In this document: positions 1 through 9,540 of the stretch, one piece after another
Numbering within the stretch: position 1 is the stretch's first letter
Layout: the number at the start of each line of letters is the position of its first letter
Assembly (NCBI GenBank): GCA_964484395.1
Contig: CAZAFM010000003.1
Location: 1 to 41,302, forward strand
Direction of reading: 5' to 3'
Origin: an uncultured Campylobacterales bacterium
GTDB lineage: Bacteria; Campylobacterota; Campylobacteria; Campylobacterales; CAZAFM01
Length of the DNA: 41,302 nt
The notes under the pieces: model-generated
Database searches by the model: none
What the model was told of the DNA's origin: nothing
The model's input: only the letters and a program-made list of their open reading frames with translations
Translations under genes and position numbers: made by a program

Positions 1-1437
1 GTTGTAGAGCAGGCAAGAGAAGAGATTAAGAAGAGTGGTGCATCTAGGAGAGATATATTGAAACTATCTGGTATTGTTGGTTCTCCAATGATGACGGCCG
101 GCGTTACATAAGCAGCTGACGTTGCTACAAAAGCACAAGCCGCAGTTAGTTGTAGAGTTGTAGTAAGTAGTGGTGGTTTTGCTGGGCTGTCATTTATCAA
201 CTAATTCACAGGTCTAGCAGATGGTGCAAGCATAACACTTATTGAACCAAGTGAGACTTGCTACTATCAGCCAGGTTATACACTAATTGCAGCAGATGTA
301 TATCAGCCAGATGATGTTGTTTATAACACAGCTGATTATGTACCAAGTGATGTTAAGTGGCTAAAAACATCTGTAACTGAGTGTCATCCAGATGAGAACT
401 ATCTAGTTACGCAAAATGGTCAAAAAGTTGAGTATGACTACCTAGTAGTTACTCCAGGATTGCAGTTAAACTTTGATGGAATAGAGGGCTTTAGTGAGGA
501 TGTAGTTGGTAAAAATGGTATATCTTGTCTATATACTTGGGATGGTTCTCAAAAAACTGAAGAACTTATGATTCGCTTCTGCGAGCAGGGTGGAAAAGGT
601 GTTTTTACTCACCCAAATACTCCAATTAAGTGCGGTGGTGCACCTAAAAAAATACAGTTTTTAACAGATGGTTATGCTAGGAAGATAGGAACTAGAGATA
701 AAATGACTCTTGATTTCTATGCTCCTGGTGGCGGATACTTTGGTGTTCCTGAGTATGCAAAACTTATAGAAGATGAGTATAAGAAGAAAGATTTAGGTGC
801 TTACTTTAAGCATACACTTACATCTATAGACCCAAGTAGCAAAGAGGCTACTTTCTCTCATGCTGTTGAGACAATGGTAGATGAGTATGACCCAATTCTA
901 GAAGAGACAGTTAAGGTTAAGAAGACTTCAACTGAAGTGGTAAATGTTCCTTTTGATTTTATACATGTTACACCTCCTATGAGTGCTCCTGATGCAATTA
1001 AAAGTTCTAAACTTGCATGGCAAAAAGGTAGTGCAGCAAAAGGTGGTTGGGTAGAGCTTGAGCCTCAGACACTTCAGCATACTAGATATCCAAATGTATT
1101 TGGACTAGGTGATGTAGCTGGTATCCCTCTGGGTAAAACAGGTGGTAGTATAAGAAAGCAATACCCAGTAGCAGCTCAAAACCTAGCTGATGTAATGGCT
1201 GGTAAAGAACCAAGTGCTAAGTATGATGGATATACTGTTTGTCCACTTATTACTGATTATGGTGAGGTTGCTATGCTTGAGTTTGATTGGACAGACCCTT
1301 CAGCTGGTGTTTATTCAGGTAAAATGGCTCCTTCACTTCCACTAAACCCACTTGAGCCACATTGGTTATATTGGGTACTTAAGGTATATATGCTAAAACC
1401 AATGACTATGTATGGTATGCTAAAAGGTATGGCGTAA
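1..1437 (+). pseudogene. sqr: Tat-exported type II-like sulfide:quinone oxidoreductase (FAD-dependent), 5'-truncated, with two in-frame stops (pseudogene or sequence error)
   Basis: Frame 1 from base 1 reads VVEQAREEIKKSGA-SRRDILK (Tat motif, 43-63), AQA, a damaged Rossmann motif VVVSSGGFAG, then YYQPGYTL and YDYLVV, and runs into the 460..1437 ORF. That ORF has PIKCGGAP, FGLGD and YDGYTVCPL, the two catalytic Cys motifs of type II SQR. TAA stops at 109-111 and 202-204; the frame is open from 205 to 1437. Confidence 0.75.
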
Positions 1438-1441
1438 TCTA

Positions 1442-1675
1442 ATGGCAAAACTGCTTCTCAAAGAGATAGCGGTTTTTGCCGCTATACTCCTTGTTCTTGC
1501 TTTTTTGATTCATGGAGGAAGCTTACCTGAGAGAATAGAGATGGTAATTGGTACACCTTCAAAAATTGTCCATGCATTTATCTGGGCGGGTTTTGCTTAT
1601 ATGCTTGTATTTCTTTTTAGGGCAGTTTTTAAGGTTATTTTTATGAGAAAAAATGAGAGAAGAGAGAGCAAGTAG
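1442..1675 (+). CDS. Small two-TM membrane protein, probably co-transcribed with sqr
   Basis: 77 aa with two hydrophobic segments and a basic C-terminal tail; starts 4 bp after the sqr stop. Confidence 0.7.
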   Translation: MAKLLLKEIAVFAAILLVLAFLIHGGSLPERIEMVIGTPSKIVHAFIWAGFAYMLVFLFRAVFKVIFMRKNERRESK

Positions 1676-2450
1676 TTTTGATCATCTACTAGAGCTTCTT
1701 TATGAAGGCTCGTTCAAAAGTGATATACACCGCTTTAGGTCTGATTTTGTTTTTAGGGGACTCTCAAGTAGTGGATATGGATTAAAAACATCCATCATGA
1801 GACTTGGAGGAGACTATAAACACTTAGAAAAACATCTTCTTAGAAACTTCAAAAAATACGCTCACAGAACTGCATTTATGGATGAAAACATCTGGACTTG
1901 GCTCTCTTTAGCTCAGCATCATGGACTGCCTACAAGACTGCTTGATTGGACTTATTCTCCATATATTGCACTCCATTTTGCAACAGCAAATATAGACGAA
2001 TATGAATTTGATGGAATTATTTGGTGTGTAGATTATGTAAAACTACACAAAAGACTTCCTAAAAAGCTAAGACTACTTCTAGAGAATGAGGGGTGTAATG
2101 CCTTTACTACGGGGCTTTTGAATGATGGTGCAAAAAGTCTGCATGAACTAGAGTCGCTTAGTAGTGATGAGTTTGTACTGTTTTTTGAACCACCATCTTT
2201 GGATGATAGGATAGTGAATCAGTATGCACTTTTTTCACTCTCTTCTAGCTCTTCACTCCTACTTAGTGAGTGGCTTAGAAGTGATGAGAGCCTATATAAA
2301 AGAGTTATTATTCCAAGTGAGCTTAAGTGGGAGATAAGAGATAAGCTAGATCAAGCAAATATCACTGAGAGGGTGCTTTTCCCCGGACTAAGTGGGCTAT
2401 GTAGTTGGCTTAAGCGACACTATGCTCCACACCCAAAGAAGAAGTTCTAA
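1653..2450 (+). CDS. FRG domain protein
   Basis: Signature motifs FVFRG, LAQHHGLPTRLLDWTYSPYIALHFA and RIVNQYALF; overlaps the upstream ORF by 23 bp. Confidence 0.9.
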   Translation: MREERASSFDHLLELLYEGSFKSDIHRFRSDFVFRGLSSSGYGLKTSIMRLGGDYKHLEKHLLRNFKKYAHRTAFMDENIWTWLSLAQHHGLPTRLLDWTYSPYIALHFATANIDEYEFDGIIWCVDYVKLHKRLPKKLRLLLENEGCNAFTTGLLNDGAKSLHELESLSSDEFVLFFEPPSLDDRIVNQYALFSLSSSSSLLLSEWLRSDESLYKRVIIPSELKWEIRDKLDQANITERVLFPGLSGLCSWLKRHYAPHPKKKF

Positions 2451-2554
2451 CGCCCTCCCTCCTCCTCTTTTTGTTTAAAAAGATAGAGTGTGTATATTAT
2501 TGTTAGCAGAGAAGTTGTGAGTACAAGCACTAAAGAACTATTCATATATCACCT

Positions 2555-3196
2555 TTAAAACATATTTTTAAACGCGTCTTTTGAGAAGCTTCCAAAATCT
2601 TGGCTAGCACCACCAAATTGTTGCTGGGCTTGAGAAACTGAGTTTGTAATATCAACTATTGCCCCTTGGATTTGCCCTATGGAGCTGCTTGCTTCATCAA
2701 AAATTTTTTCTATAGATTCACTATTTAGATTTTGAGGTAGGTTAGGTGCTTCTACTTTAAACTCTATACTTCTACTTCCAACAGGAATCTCAATAGAGGA
2801 GCCAAAAACCTTTTTTCCCATAAAAGATGCATTATCAAGTAGGCTCTGCATTTCTGAAGCCATATTTCTTCCCTCAGCGGTTATATCTCTTTTTTCTTGA
2901 TCACTTATGTTTGGGTCTTGTTGTATCTTAGCGACCCATTCCATATTTTCTTGAAAGTTCATAACCTTCCCAAGAGTCTTTTTGGCACTTTGTAGTAGCC
3001 CTATGGCTTCATTACTGTTTTGTGCATTTATACTAAAGGCTTGAGCCTCAATTTTTTTACTGTTTCCAAAAACAGCACTATCATTCTTAGTAGCCTTACT
3101 CTCTTGTGCTGGCTTTTCTGTAGCCTCTTTTGGAGCTAATCCACCTAAGTGCTTATTGAAAATAGCCATCATTGATTCATTTGCATTAACTTGCAT
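2555..3196 (-). CDS. HP1076-family flagellin-like FliS export co-chaperone (213 aa)
   Basis: FNKHLG, NSNEAIGLLQ and LLDNASFMGKKVF resemble H. pylori HP1076 and flagellin N-terminal helices (recalled similarity, not searched). Start moved to ATG 3196 because of the AAGGAGG RBS and the upstream sigma54 promoter. Adjacent to a csd4 homologue, as HP1076/HP1075 are. Confidence 0.75.
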   Translation of the reverse strand: MQVNANESMMAIFNKHLGGLAPKEATEKPAQESKATKNDSAVFGNSKKIEAQAFSINAQNSNEAIGLLQSAKKTLGKVMNFQENMEWVAKIQQDPNISDQEKRDITAEGRNMASEMQSLLDNASFMGKKVFGSSIEIPVGSRSIEFKVEAPNLPQNLNSESIEKIFDEASSSIGQIQGAIVDITNSVSQAQQQFGGASQDFGSFSKDAFKNMF

Positions 3197-3239
3197 AGTG
3201 CCTCCTTGCAGATGCTTCTGTTCTAAATTATCAATACTT

Positions 3240-3257
3240 AAGCACATTTTGTTCCAA
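3240..3257 (-). promoter_or_regulatory. Sigma54 (RpoN) -24/-12 promoter of the HP1076-like gene
   Basis: Minus strand reads TTGGAACAAAATGTGCTT with exact GG-N10-GC spacing, about 45 bp upstream of the ATG. Confidence 0.8.
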
Positions 3258-3381
3258 AGTTTTTAACCGACCTTACGCATATTATGAAATCAGTTGATAC
3301 TATATTTGACTAAGGTCAGTTATAAATTAGAGTTTATGGGGATTGATGATATTATTTGATAAATTTTTAATAGGATGTTTG

Positions 3382-4701
3382 TTGAAAGTAGTTGTAGTTG
3401 TAGTATTTTTTATAGTTTCACTTTTTGCTATGCCAAAAAGCTTCTCGTTGATAAAAAAAGGGAGTGATGATAACTCTTCACAAGAGGGAAACACTCTTCT
3501 TATCATCTCTGGTATTCAAGGTGATGAAGATGGTGGATATATGGCATCTAACCTACTATCAAAAAGATACAATATAGAGGGAGGAGAGGTCTGGATAGTT
3601 CCTAATCTAAACTATAAAAGCATACTTGAAAACAGCAGAGGCGTATATGGTGATATGAACAGAAAGTTCAAGAATATTAGCAGAGATGATCCGGATTTTG
3701 AGTTAGTAGAGAGGATTAAGTCTGTTATTTTAGATGATGCTGTAGATATGGTATTACACCTACATGATGGGAGTGGTTTTTATAGAAAAGAGTACATTGA
3801 CTCTAAGCTAAATCCGCAAAGATGGGGGCAGAGTGTCATTATAGATGCAGTAGAAGTAAATGCTTCTAAGTATGGAGAGCTAAACACTATCGCTCAAGAC
3901 ATTACTGAAAATATCAACGACCACTTACTAGATGAAACTCACAAATTCCATATAAAGAACACAAACACATCACTTGGAAAAACATTTGAGCAAAAAGAGA
4001 TGCTAAAAACTCTTACCTATTTTACTATAGAAAACAGCAAAGCAGCTCTAGCAAATGAAGCTAGTAAAGAGCTTCCACTTGAGGAGAGGGTTTATTACCA
4101 CTTAAGAGCTATAGAGTCTTATATGGACTATCTTGGGATCTCATATACAAAAGACCTTGAGCTAACTCCTGATGCTATAAAGGAGAGTTTTTATAAAAAT
4201 ATTGAGATTGACATTAATGATAAAAAGATAGTTTTTCCCACCGCAAACATTAGAAACTATCTAGGATATGTACCACTTAAAAAAGATGATAATAACATAA
4301 CATCACAAACACCTCTAATTATTAGCAAAAAAGTTGGAAAATTCTATGATATTTATTATGGGGCAAACAGACTAACTAGGCTCAGCCCACAGTACTTTGA
4401 GTATTGTGATATAGGTAGAATTGAGGCAGTAGTAGATGGAAAAACAAGAGTCTATGAGAGCGGAGATATTGTAGAGATAGATGAATATGTAAATATCAAA
4501 ACCAAAGATGAGTATAGAGTCAATGTTATAGGCTTTATCAAAGACCCAAACAACCTAAAAGCAAGTGAAGACAGCGTGGACATCTATAAAAAAGAGTTTA
4601 TAAAGCGCTTCTCTATAGATACAAAAGGGGAGTTATATAGAGCAGAAATATACAAAGATGGAAAGTATTGCGGTATGCTTGTACTCAATTACAAAGAGTA
4701 G
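3382..4701 (+). CDS. csd4: M99-family peptidoglycan DL-carboxypeptidase (Csd4/Pgp1-like cell-shape determinant)
   Basis: GIQGDE and LHDG Zn-ligand motifs, DMNRKF, N-terminal signal peptide. TTG 3382 preferred as start because AGGA lies at 3372-3375 (ORF track gives 3343). Confidence 0.85.
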   Translation: MKVVVVVVFFIVSLFAMPKSFSLIKKGSDDNSSQEGNTLLIISGIQGDEDGGYMASNLLSKRYNIEGGEVWIVPNLNYKSILENSRGVYGDMNRKFKNISRDDPDFELVERIKSVILDDAVDMVLHLHDGSGFYRKEYIDSKLNPQRWGQSVIIDAVEVNASKYGELNTIAQDITENINDHLLDETHKFHIKNTNTSLGKTFEQKEMLKTLTYFTIENSKAALANEASKELPLEERVYYHLRAIESYMDYLGISYTKDLELTPDAIKESFYKNIEIDINDKKIVFPTANIRNYLGYVPLKKDDNNITSQTPLIISKKVGKFYDIYYGANRLTRLSPQYFEYCDIGRIEAVVDGKTRVYESGDIVEIDEYVNIKTKDEYRVNVIGFIKDPNNLKASEDSVDIYKKEFIKRFSIDTKGELYRAEIYKDGKYCGMLVLNYKE

Positions 4702-4853
4702 ATATAGTGTGGCATAAGGTAACAAGTACTTGATTAAATATAATTTAGTAGGTTGATTAAGTTTTTAGAAGACCTTTTTAAGATGAGTTTGGTACTAATA
4801 ATAGAGAGTATATAGTTAGATTGTTACGATATGTATCGCATTAAAACAGAATA

Positions 4854-4937
4854 TGTTACATATAGTTACATATAAGAAGAATTTACACCACTAATCAAGG
4901 TTCATATCTTCTTTATTGTGTGTTGGTTTGATACAAT
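4854..4937 (+). promoter_or_regulatory. icd promoter region: tandem TGTTACA/AGTTACA direct repeat and extended -10
   Basis: TGTTACA-tat-AGTTACA at 4854-4870 (10-bp period) and TGaTACAAT at 4929-4937. Confidence 0.5.
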
Positions 4938-5025
4938 ACTGAATATAAACATTTTGAGTGGAGGCAATTAGCCAAACAATCTTAGGAGTGTTTATAAAAC
5001 TCAATTTATCAAGGAAGGAAGAAAA

Positions 5026-6483
5026 ATGGCAAAGACAACAATTACAGTAGCAAGAGGTGATGGTATTGGTCCTGAGATTATGGATGCAAGTATTAGAGTG
5101 CTTGAGGCTGCTGGTGCTGAGGCAGAGTGGGAGCATATTGATGTAGGAGAGAAAGTTTATCTTTCTGGAAATACTTCTGGTATTGGTCAAGAAGCTTGGG
5201 ATTCTATCAAAAAAAATAAAATTCTTTATAAAGCACCTATCACAACACCTCAAGGTGGTGGATACAAAAGCCTAAATGTAACAATAAGAAAAACTTTAGG
5301 TCTATACGCTAATGTTCGTCCTGCTATAGCTTACGATCCATTTATACCTTCAAGATATCCAGGTATGAATGTTGTAACTATTCGTGAAAATGAAGAAGAT
5401 TTGTACGCTGGAATAGAGCATCAGCAGACTCCTGAGGTAACTCAGTGTCTAAAGCTAATAACTAGACCTGGTTGTGAAAGAATATCAAAATACGCATTTG
5501 AATATGCAAGAGCGTATGGTAGAAAAAGAATTACTTGTATGATAAAAGATAACATCATGAAGATTACTGATGGTCTTTTTGTAAAAGTATTCTATGAAGT
5601 AGCGAAAGAGTATCCTGATATTCAAGCTGATGATTGGATTATTGATATTGGTATGGCAAAGCTAGTTGACGCTCCAGAAGATTTTGATATGGTTCTTATG
5701 CCAAACCTATATGGTGATGTTGCAACTGATATTCTAGGGCTTATGACTGGGTCTGTTGGTATTGCTCCGGGTGCAAATGTTGGTGATGATATTGCTATGT
5801 ATGAAGCAATTCACGGCTCTGCTCCAAGACATGCAGGTCAGAACAAAGCTAACCCTTCAGGTCTATTACTCTCTGGTGTTATGATGATGGTTCAAGTAGG
5901 TCAACCACAAGTTGCTGAGAAAGTTCACAACGCATGGCTTAAAACTATAGAAGATGGTATAGTAACTTATGACCTTGCTAGAAAACTAAAAGCACAAGGT
6001 AAAGAGCATACTGAAGTGGGAACTAAAGAGTTTGCTGATGCAATTATTGAAAGAATTGGTCAAGAGCCTTCAACTCTAAAACCTGTAAGATATGACAAAT
6101 GGATTCAGATTAAAAAACCTGAACTTACAAATGTAAGAAGCCAAAAAATGGAACTAATTGGTGTAGATATCTTTACAAGAGATGATTGTGATGCAAACAC
6201 AATAGGTGATAAACTAGTTGAGATTGCAAAAGATACAGGATTAGAACTTAAGATGATCTCTAATAGAGGACAAAAAGTATATCCAAGCGGCCACCCTGAA
6301 ACTTTCTTAACAGATCATTGGAGATGCAGATATTATGCTAATAACCAAGGTGATGTTATCAAAAACTCTGATATTACAGATATGATGAACAGAATCTCTG
6401 ATGCTGGTATTGAGGTTATAAAAACGGAGAACCTATATAAGTTAGAAGGTGAGAGATCATACTCTCTAGGACAAGGTGAGTAA
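5026..6483 (+). CDS. icd: Isocitrate dehydrogenase, oligomeric type with C-terminal extension (Thermus/alphaproteobacterial-like)
   Basis: GDGIGPEI, KAPITTP, SLNVTIRK, IRENEEDLY, KDNIMK, PNLYGD, EAIHGSAP, ANP; about 120-aa C-terminal domain (LKMISNRG..HWRCRY..GQG); strong RBS. Confidence 0.93.
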   Translation: MAKTTITVARGDGIGPEIMDASIRVLEAAGAEAEWEHIDVGEKVYLSGNTSGIGQEAWDSIKKNKILYKAPITTPQGGGYKSLNVTIRKTLGLYANVRPAIAYDPFIPSRYPGMNVVTIRENEEDLYAGIEHQQTPEVTQCLKLITRPGCERISKYAFEYARAYGRKRITCMIKDNIMKITDGLFVKVFYEVAKEYPDIQADDWIIDIGMAKLVDAPEDFDMVLMPNLYGDVATDILGLMTGSVGIAPGANVGDDIAMYEAIHGSAPRHAGQNKANPSGLLLSGVMMMVQVGQPQVAEKVHNAWLKTIEDGIVTYDLARKLKAQGKEHTEVGTKEFADAIIERIGQEPSTLKPVRYDKWIQIKKPELTNVRSQKMELIGVDIFTRDDCDANTIGDKLVEIAKDTGLELKMISNRGQKVYPSGHPETFLTDHWRCRYYANNQGDVIKNSDITDMMNRISDAGIEVIKTENLYKLEGERSYSLGQGE

Positions 6484-6537
6484 AAAGCTCCCAAATAGTA
6501 AAACTAATTTTTTAGATAATATTTGGTAACATAACCG

Positions 6538-6566
6538 TCTCCCTCCCTTAAAGGAGGGGAGATTTT
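6538..6566 (+). terminator. Imperfect GC-rich hairpin with short T tract between icd and sbtA
   Basis: TCTCCCTCCCT-taa-AGGAGGGGAGA (about 10 bp including one G-U pair, plus one mismatch) followed by TTTT. Confidence 0.5.
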
Positions 6567-6583
6567 CTAGAGGAGGGTGCGCT

Positions 6584-7564
6584 ATGAGCATTGACTTGAT
6601 TATCCAAAATTTTCTTAATCCCCCAGTTTTATTCTTTTTTCTCGGGATGCTGGCAGTCTTTTTAAAGTCAGAACTAACAATACCGCAACCACTTCCAAAA
6701 CTTTTTTCACTATTTTTGATAATAGCTATCGGTCTTCATGGGGGGTACGAGCTTTCAAAAAGTGGTCTAAATGCAACAGTTCTTACAGGTCTAGGTCTTG
6801 CAGTTTTTATGGCATCTATTGTTCCAATATATAGTTATTTTATTTTGCGTGCAAAACTTGATACCTATAATGCCGTAGCGCTAGCTGCAACATATGGCTC
6901 TATTAGTGCTGTTACATTTATCACTGGTGTTACTTATTTGCAGACACTTGGGGTTGATTATGGTGGTTATATGGTTGCTGCTATGACACTCATGGAGTCA
7001 CCAGCTATTATCATAGGGCTAGTATTTGCTGCTATGTTTGCAAACAAGGGTGAGGGCAAAGAGAAGAAAAAGACAGATTGGGCTGAGATTGGTAGGGAAG
7101 CATTTTTAAATCCTTCAGTATATCTTTTAATGGGTGCTCTAGTGATTGGTATTTTAACAGGAGAGAGAGGTTGGAGCTCTATGGAACCAATGTATGGTGA
7201 CCTCTTTAAAGGTATGTTGGCTCTTTTCTTATTGGATATGGGTCTAGCAGCTGCTAAAAGAATCGGGGAGCTAAAAAAGCTTGGTTCATTTTTGATTATA
7301 TTTGCTATAGTTATGCCTATAGTAAATGCTTGTCTATCCATAGCTCTAGCGTACTTATTTGGACTATCAAAAGGTGATGCTTTTTTGCTTTCACTACTAA
7401 GTGCAAGTGCTTCATATATTGCTGTCCCAGCAGCTATGAGGCTATCAGTTCCTGAGGCAAATCCAGGTATATATCTACCTCTTAGTTTAGCAGTTACCTT
7501 CCCTTTCAACATATCTTTAGGTATACCACTATATTATTTTATAATTAACGGAATATGGGGGTAA
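6584..7564 (+). CDS. sbtA: SbtA-family sodium-dependent bicarbonate transporter (DUF897)
   Basis: About 10 TM segments; family motifs IGLHGG, ATYGSISAVTF, LMESPAII, FLLDMG, SASYIAVPAA, TFPFNI. Confidence 0.92.
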   Translation: MSIDLIIQNFLNPPVLFFFLGMLAVFLKSELTIPQPLPKLFSLFLIIAIGLHGGYELSKSGLNATVLTGLGLAVFMASIVPIYSYFILRAKLDTYNAVALAATYGSISAVTFITGVTYLQTLGVDYGGYMVAAMTLMESPAIIIGLVFAAMFANKGEGKEKKKTDWAEIGREAFLNPSVYLLMGALVIGILTGERGWSSMEPMYGDLFKGMLALFLLDMGLAAAKRIGELKKLGSFLIIFAIVMPIVNACLSIALAYLFGLSKGDAFLLSLLSASASYIAVPAAMRLSVPEANPGIYLPLSLAVTFPFNISLGIPLYYFIINGIWG

Positions 7565-7567
7565 GCT

Positions 7568-7858
7568 ATGGTAAGTATGAAAAAAGTGGAGATTATATTT
7601 GAAGCAGTCTATCTAACTAGACTGCTAGAACTTTTTAAGAGACATAATATCAAAGGCTATACTCTTATAAGAGAGATAGAGGGCTGTGGAGCACATGGTC
7701 TTATGTCTGCTGATGTAGGATTTGATGTCTCAAGTAATGACTATCTCTATACAGTTTGTGAAAATGATAAATTTGAAGAGATGAAGGAGGAGATTCGCTC
7801 CTTTACACATAAATACGGTGGAAAATGTTTCGTAACTGATGCAATGATGCTTAAATAG
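7568..7858 (+). CDS. sbtB: SbtB-like P-II family regulator
   Basis: MKKVEII..GYT....GCGAHG..GGKCFVTD P-II-like pattern; 3 bp downstream of sbtA. Confidence 0.88.
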   Translation: MVSMKKVEIIFEAVYLTRLLELFKRHNIKGYTLIREIEGCGAHGLMSADVGFDVSSNDYLYTVCENDKFEEMKEEIRSFTHKYGGKCFVTDAMMLK

Positions 7859-7867
7859 AGTATTTCA

Positions 7868-9019
7868 GTGCATAAAGATTTTAACTACTCAGGATTAAAA
7901 CTTGGTATTATAGGTGGAGGACAACTCGGAAAAATAATGTCTTCTGAAGCAAAAAAGATGGGCTTTGTCGTCACCATCTTAGATCCTACTTACAACTCAC
8001 CTGCAGCGCAAGTCTCAGATAAACAGATAGTTGGTGGGTTTTATGATAAAGAGAAGCTTGAGCAACTAGTCCAAGAGAGTGATGTAACAACTTTTGAGCT
8101 CGAAAATGTAGATACCACCATCTTAAAAGAGCTCTATGATAATGGTCATCACATCCACCCCTCTCCATATATTATAAGCCTCATACAGAACAAATATGAA
8201 CAAAAAAGACTTCTACAAAGCAGAGGTATCCCTGTCCCAAAGCTAAAAAATGTAGTTAATAAAGATGATCTTGAAAGTTTTGGTTTTCCGGTAGTTCAAA
8301 AAGCAAAGACTGGTGGATATGATGGTAGAGGAGTTTTTATACTCAAATCAAAAGATGATATTGTAAACTCTCTAGAGGGAGATAGCTTCATAGAGGAGGT
8401 CGTGGATATTGACAAAGAGCTTGCTATTATTGTCGCTAGAAATATAGAAGGGGAAGTCTCTTGCTATCCTGTTGTAGAGATGCTATTTGATGAGCGTGTC
8501 AATATATGTGATAGTGTAATGGCTCCTGCGCGCATTAGTAGTGAGGTTGAGCAAAAAGCAAAAGATATTGCAAAAAAAGCTATAAAAGTACTTGATGGGG
8601 TTGGTATTTATGGAGTTGAACTCTTTTTAACAAAAAATGGTGAAGTTTTGTTGAATGAAATCGCGCCAAGACCTCACAACTCCGGTCACTACACACTTGA
8701 AGGGTGCATGACATCTCAGTTTGAGCAGATAATTAGAGCTGTCACAAACCTCCCTCTAGGTTCGACAAGGCTAATCTCCCCTTCAGTTATGGTCAATCTA
8801 CTAGGAGAGAGTGGTTATGAGGGTGAGCCGGTTATTGAGGGACTTCATGAGGTTCTAGAGATTGAGGGGCTATCTTTTCATTTTTATGGTAAGTCTTTTA
8901 CAAAACCTTTTAGGAAGATGGGACATATTACTGTTTTGGATAGCTCTTTAGATGAAGCACTAAGAAAAGCCCTTGAAGCAAAAGAGATTTTAAAAGTCAA
9001 AGGGAGTAAAAGAGTATGA
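7868..9019 (+). CDS. purK: N5-carboxyaminoimidazole ribonucleotide synthetase (ATP-grasp, uses HCO3-)
   Basis: [34 protein letters not shown]; GTG start. Confidence 0.95.
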   Translation: MHKDFNYSGLKLGIIGGGQLGKIMSSEAKKMGFVVTILDPTYNSPAAQVSDKQIVGGFYDKEKLEQLVQESDVTTFELENVDTTILKELYDNGHHIHPSPYIISLIQNKYEQKRLLQSRGIPVPKLKNVVNKDDLESFGFPVVQKAKTGGYDGRGVFILKSKDDIVNSLEGDSFIEEVVDIDKELAIIVARNIEGEVSCYPVVEMLFDERVNICDSVMAPARISSEVEQKAKDIAKKAIKVLDGVGIYGVELFLTKNGEVLLNEIAPRPHNSGHYTLEGCMTSQFEQIIRAVTNLPLGSTRLISPSVMVNLLGESGYEGEPVIEGLHEVLEIEGLSFHFYGKSFTKPFRKMGHITVLDSSLDEALRKALEAKEILKVKGSKRV

Positions 9020-9540
9020 GTAAGCCATTAGTAGGAATTATTATGGGGAGTGACTCTGACCTTCTTGTTATGCAACAAGCAGTGGATATATGTGAGGAGT
9101 TTAGGATTGAGTATGAGGTAAGTATAGTTTCAGCCCATAGGACACCAGAGCGTTTAGTTAAATACGCTAAAAGTGCAGAAAATAGAGGCTTAAGAGTGAT
9201 TATTGCAGGAGCAGGAGGTGCGGCTCATCTACCCGGAATGGTAGCTTCTTTAACTCCTCTACCAGTAATTGGTGTTCCAGTTAAAGGCTCATCACTTGAA
9301 GGAATGGATTCCCTGCTCTCAATTGTTCAGATGCCAGGAGGTGTTCCGGTTGCAACTGTGGCGATAAATGGAGCCAAAAATGCTGGAATATTAGCTGCTC
9401 AGATGATTGGGATTAAAAGTCTTGAAATCCGCAAAAAAGTCAAAGCTTACAAGAAAGAGCTACTAAACCAAGTAGAGGCTAAGATAGAGAGGCTAGAGAG
9501 TATGCCTTCTTCTAAGTACCTACAAGAAATGGGACACTAG
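9016..9540 (+). CDS. purE: Class I N5-CAIR mutase
   Basis: [24 protein letters not shown] (class I signature), QMPGGVPV; ATGA overlap with purK. Confidence 0.96.
   Translation: MSKPLVGIIMGSDSDLLVMQQAVDICEEFRIEYEVSIVSAHRTPERLVKYAKSAENRGLRVIIAGAGGAAHLPGMVASLTPLPVIGVPVKGSSLEGMDSLLSIVQMPGGVPVATVAINGAKNAGILAAQMIGIKSLEIRKKVKAYKKELLNQVEAKIERLESMPSSKYLQEMGH

Noticed and set aside
109-204. Stop-codon recoding or an alternative genetic code in sqr
   Set aside because: TAA ends many genes normally in this window, and the stops cluster with other apparent substitutions at the window edge.
2451-2472. CCCTCCCTCCTCCTCTTTTT anti-Shine-Dalgarno-like tract after the FRG stop
   Set aside because: No complementary arm nearby for a terminator and no evidence of a separate transcript; treated as low-complexity sequence.
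2555-3247. True flagellin or flagellin pseudogene
   Set aside because: Lacks the conserved flagellin termini; size, motifs, sigma54 promoter and csd4 adjacency fit the HP1076 co-chaperone family better.
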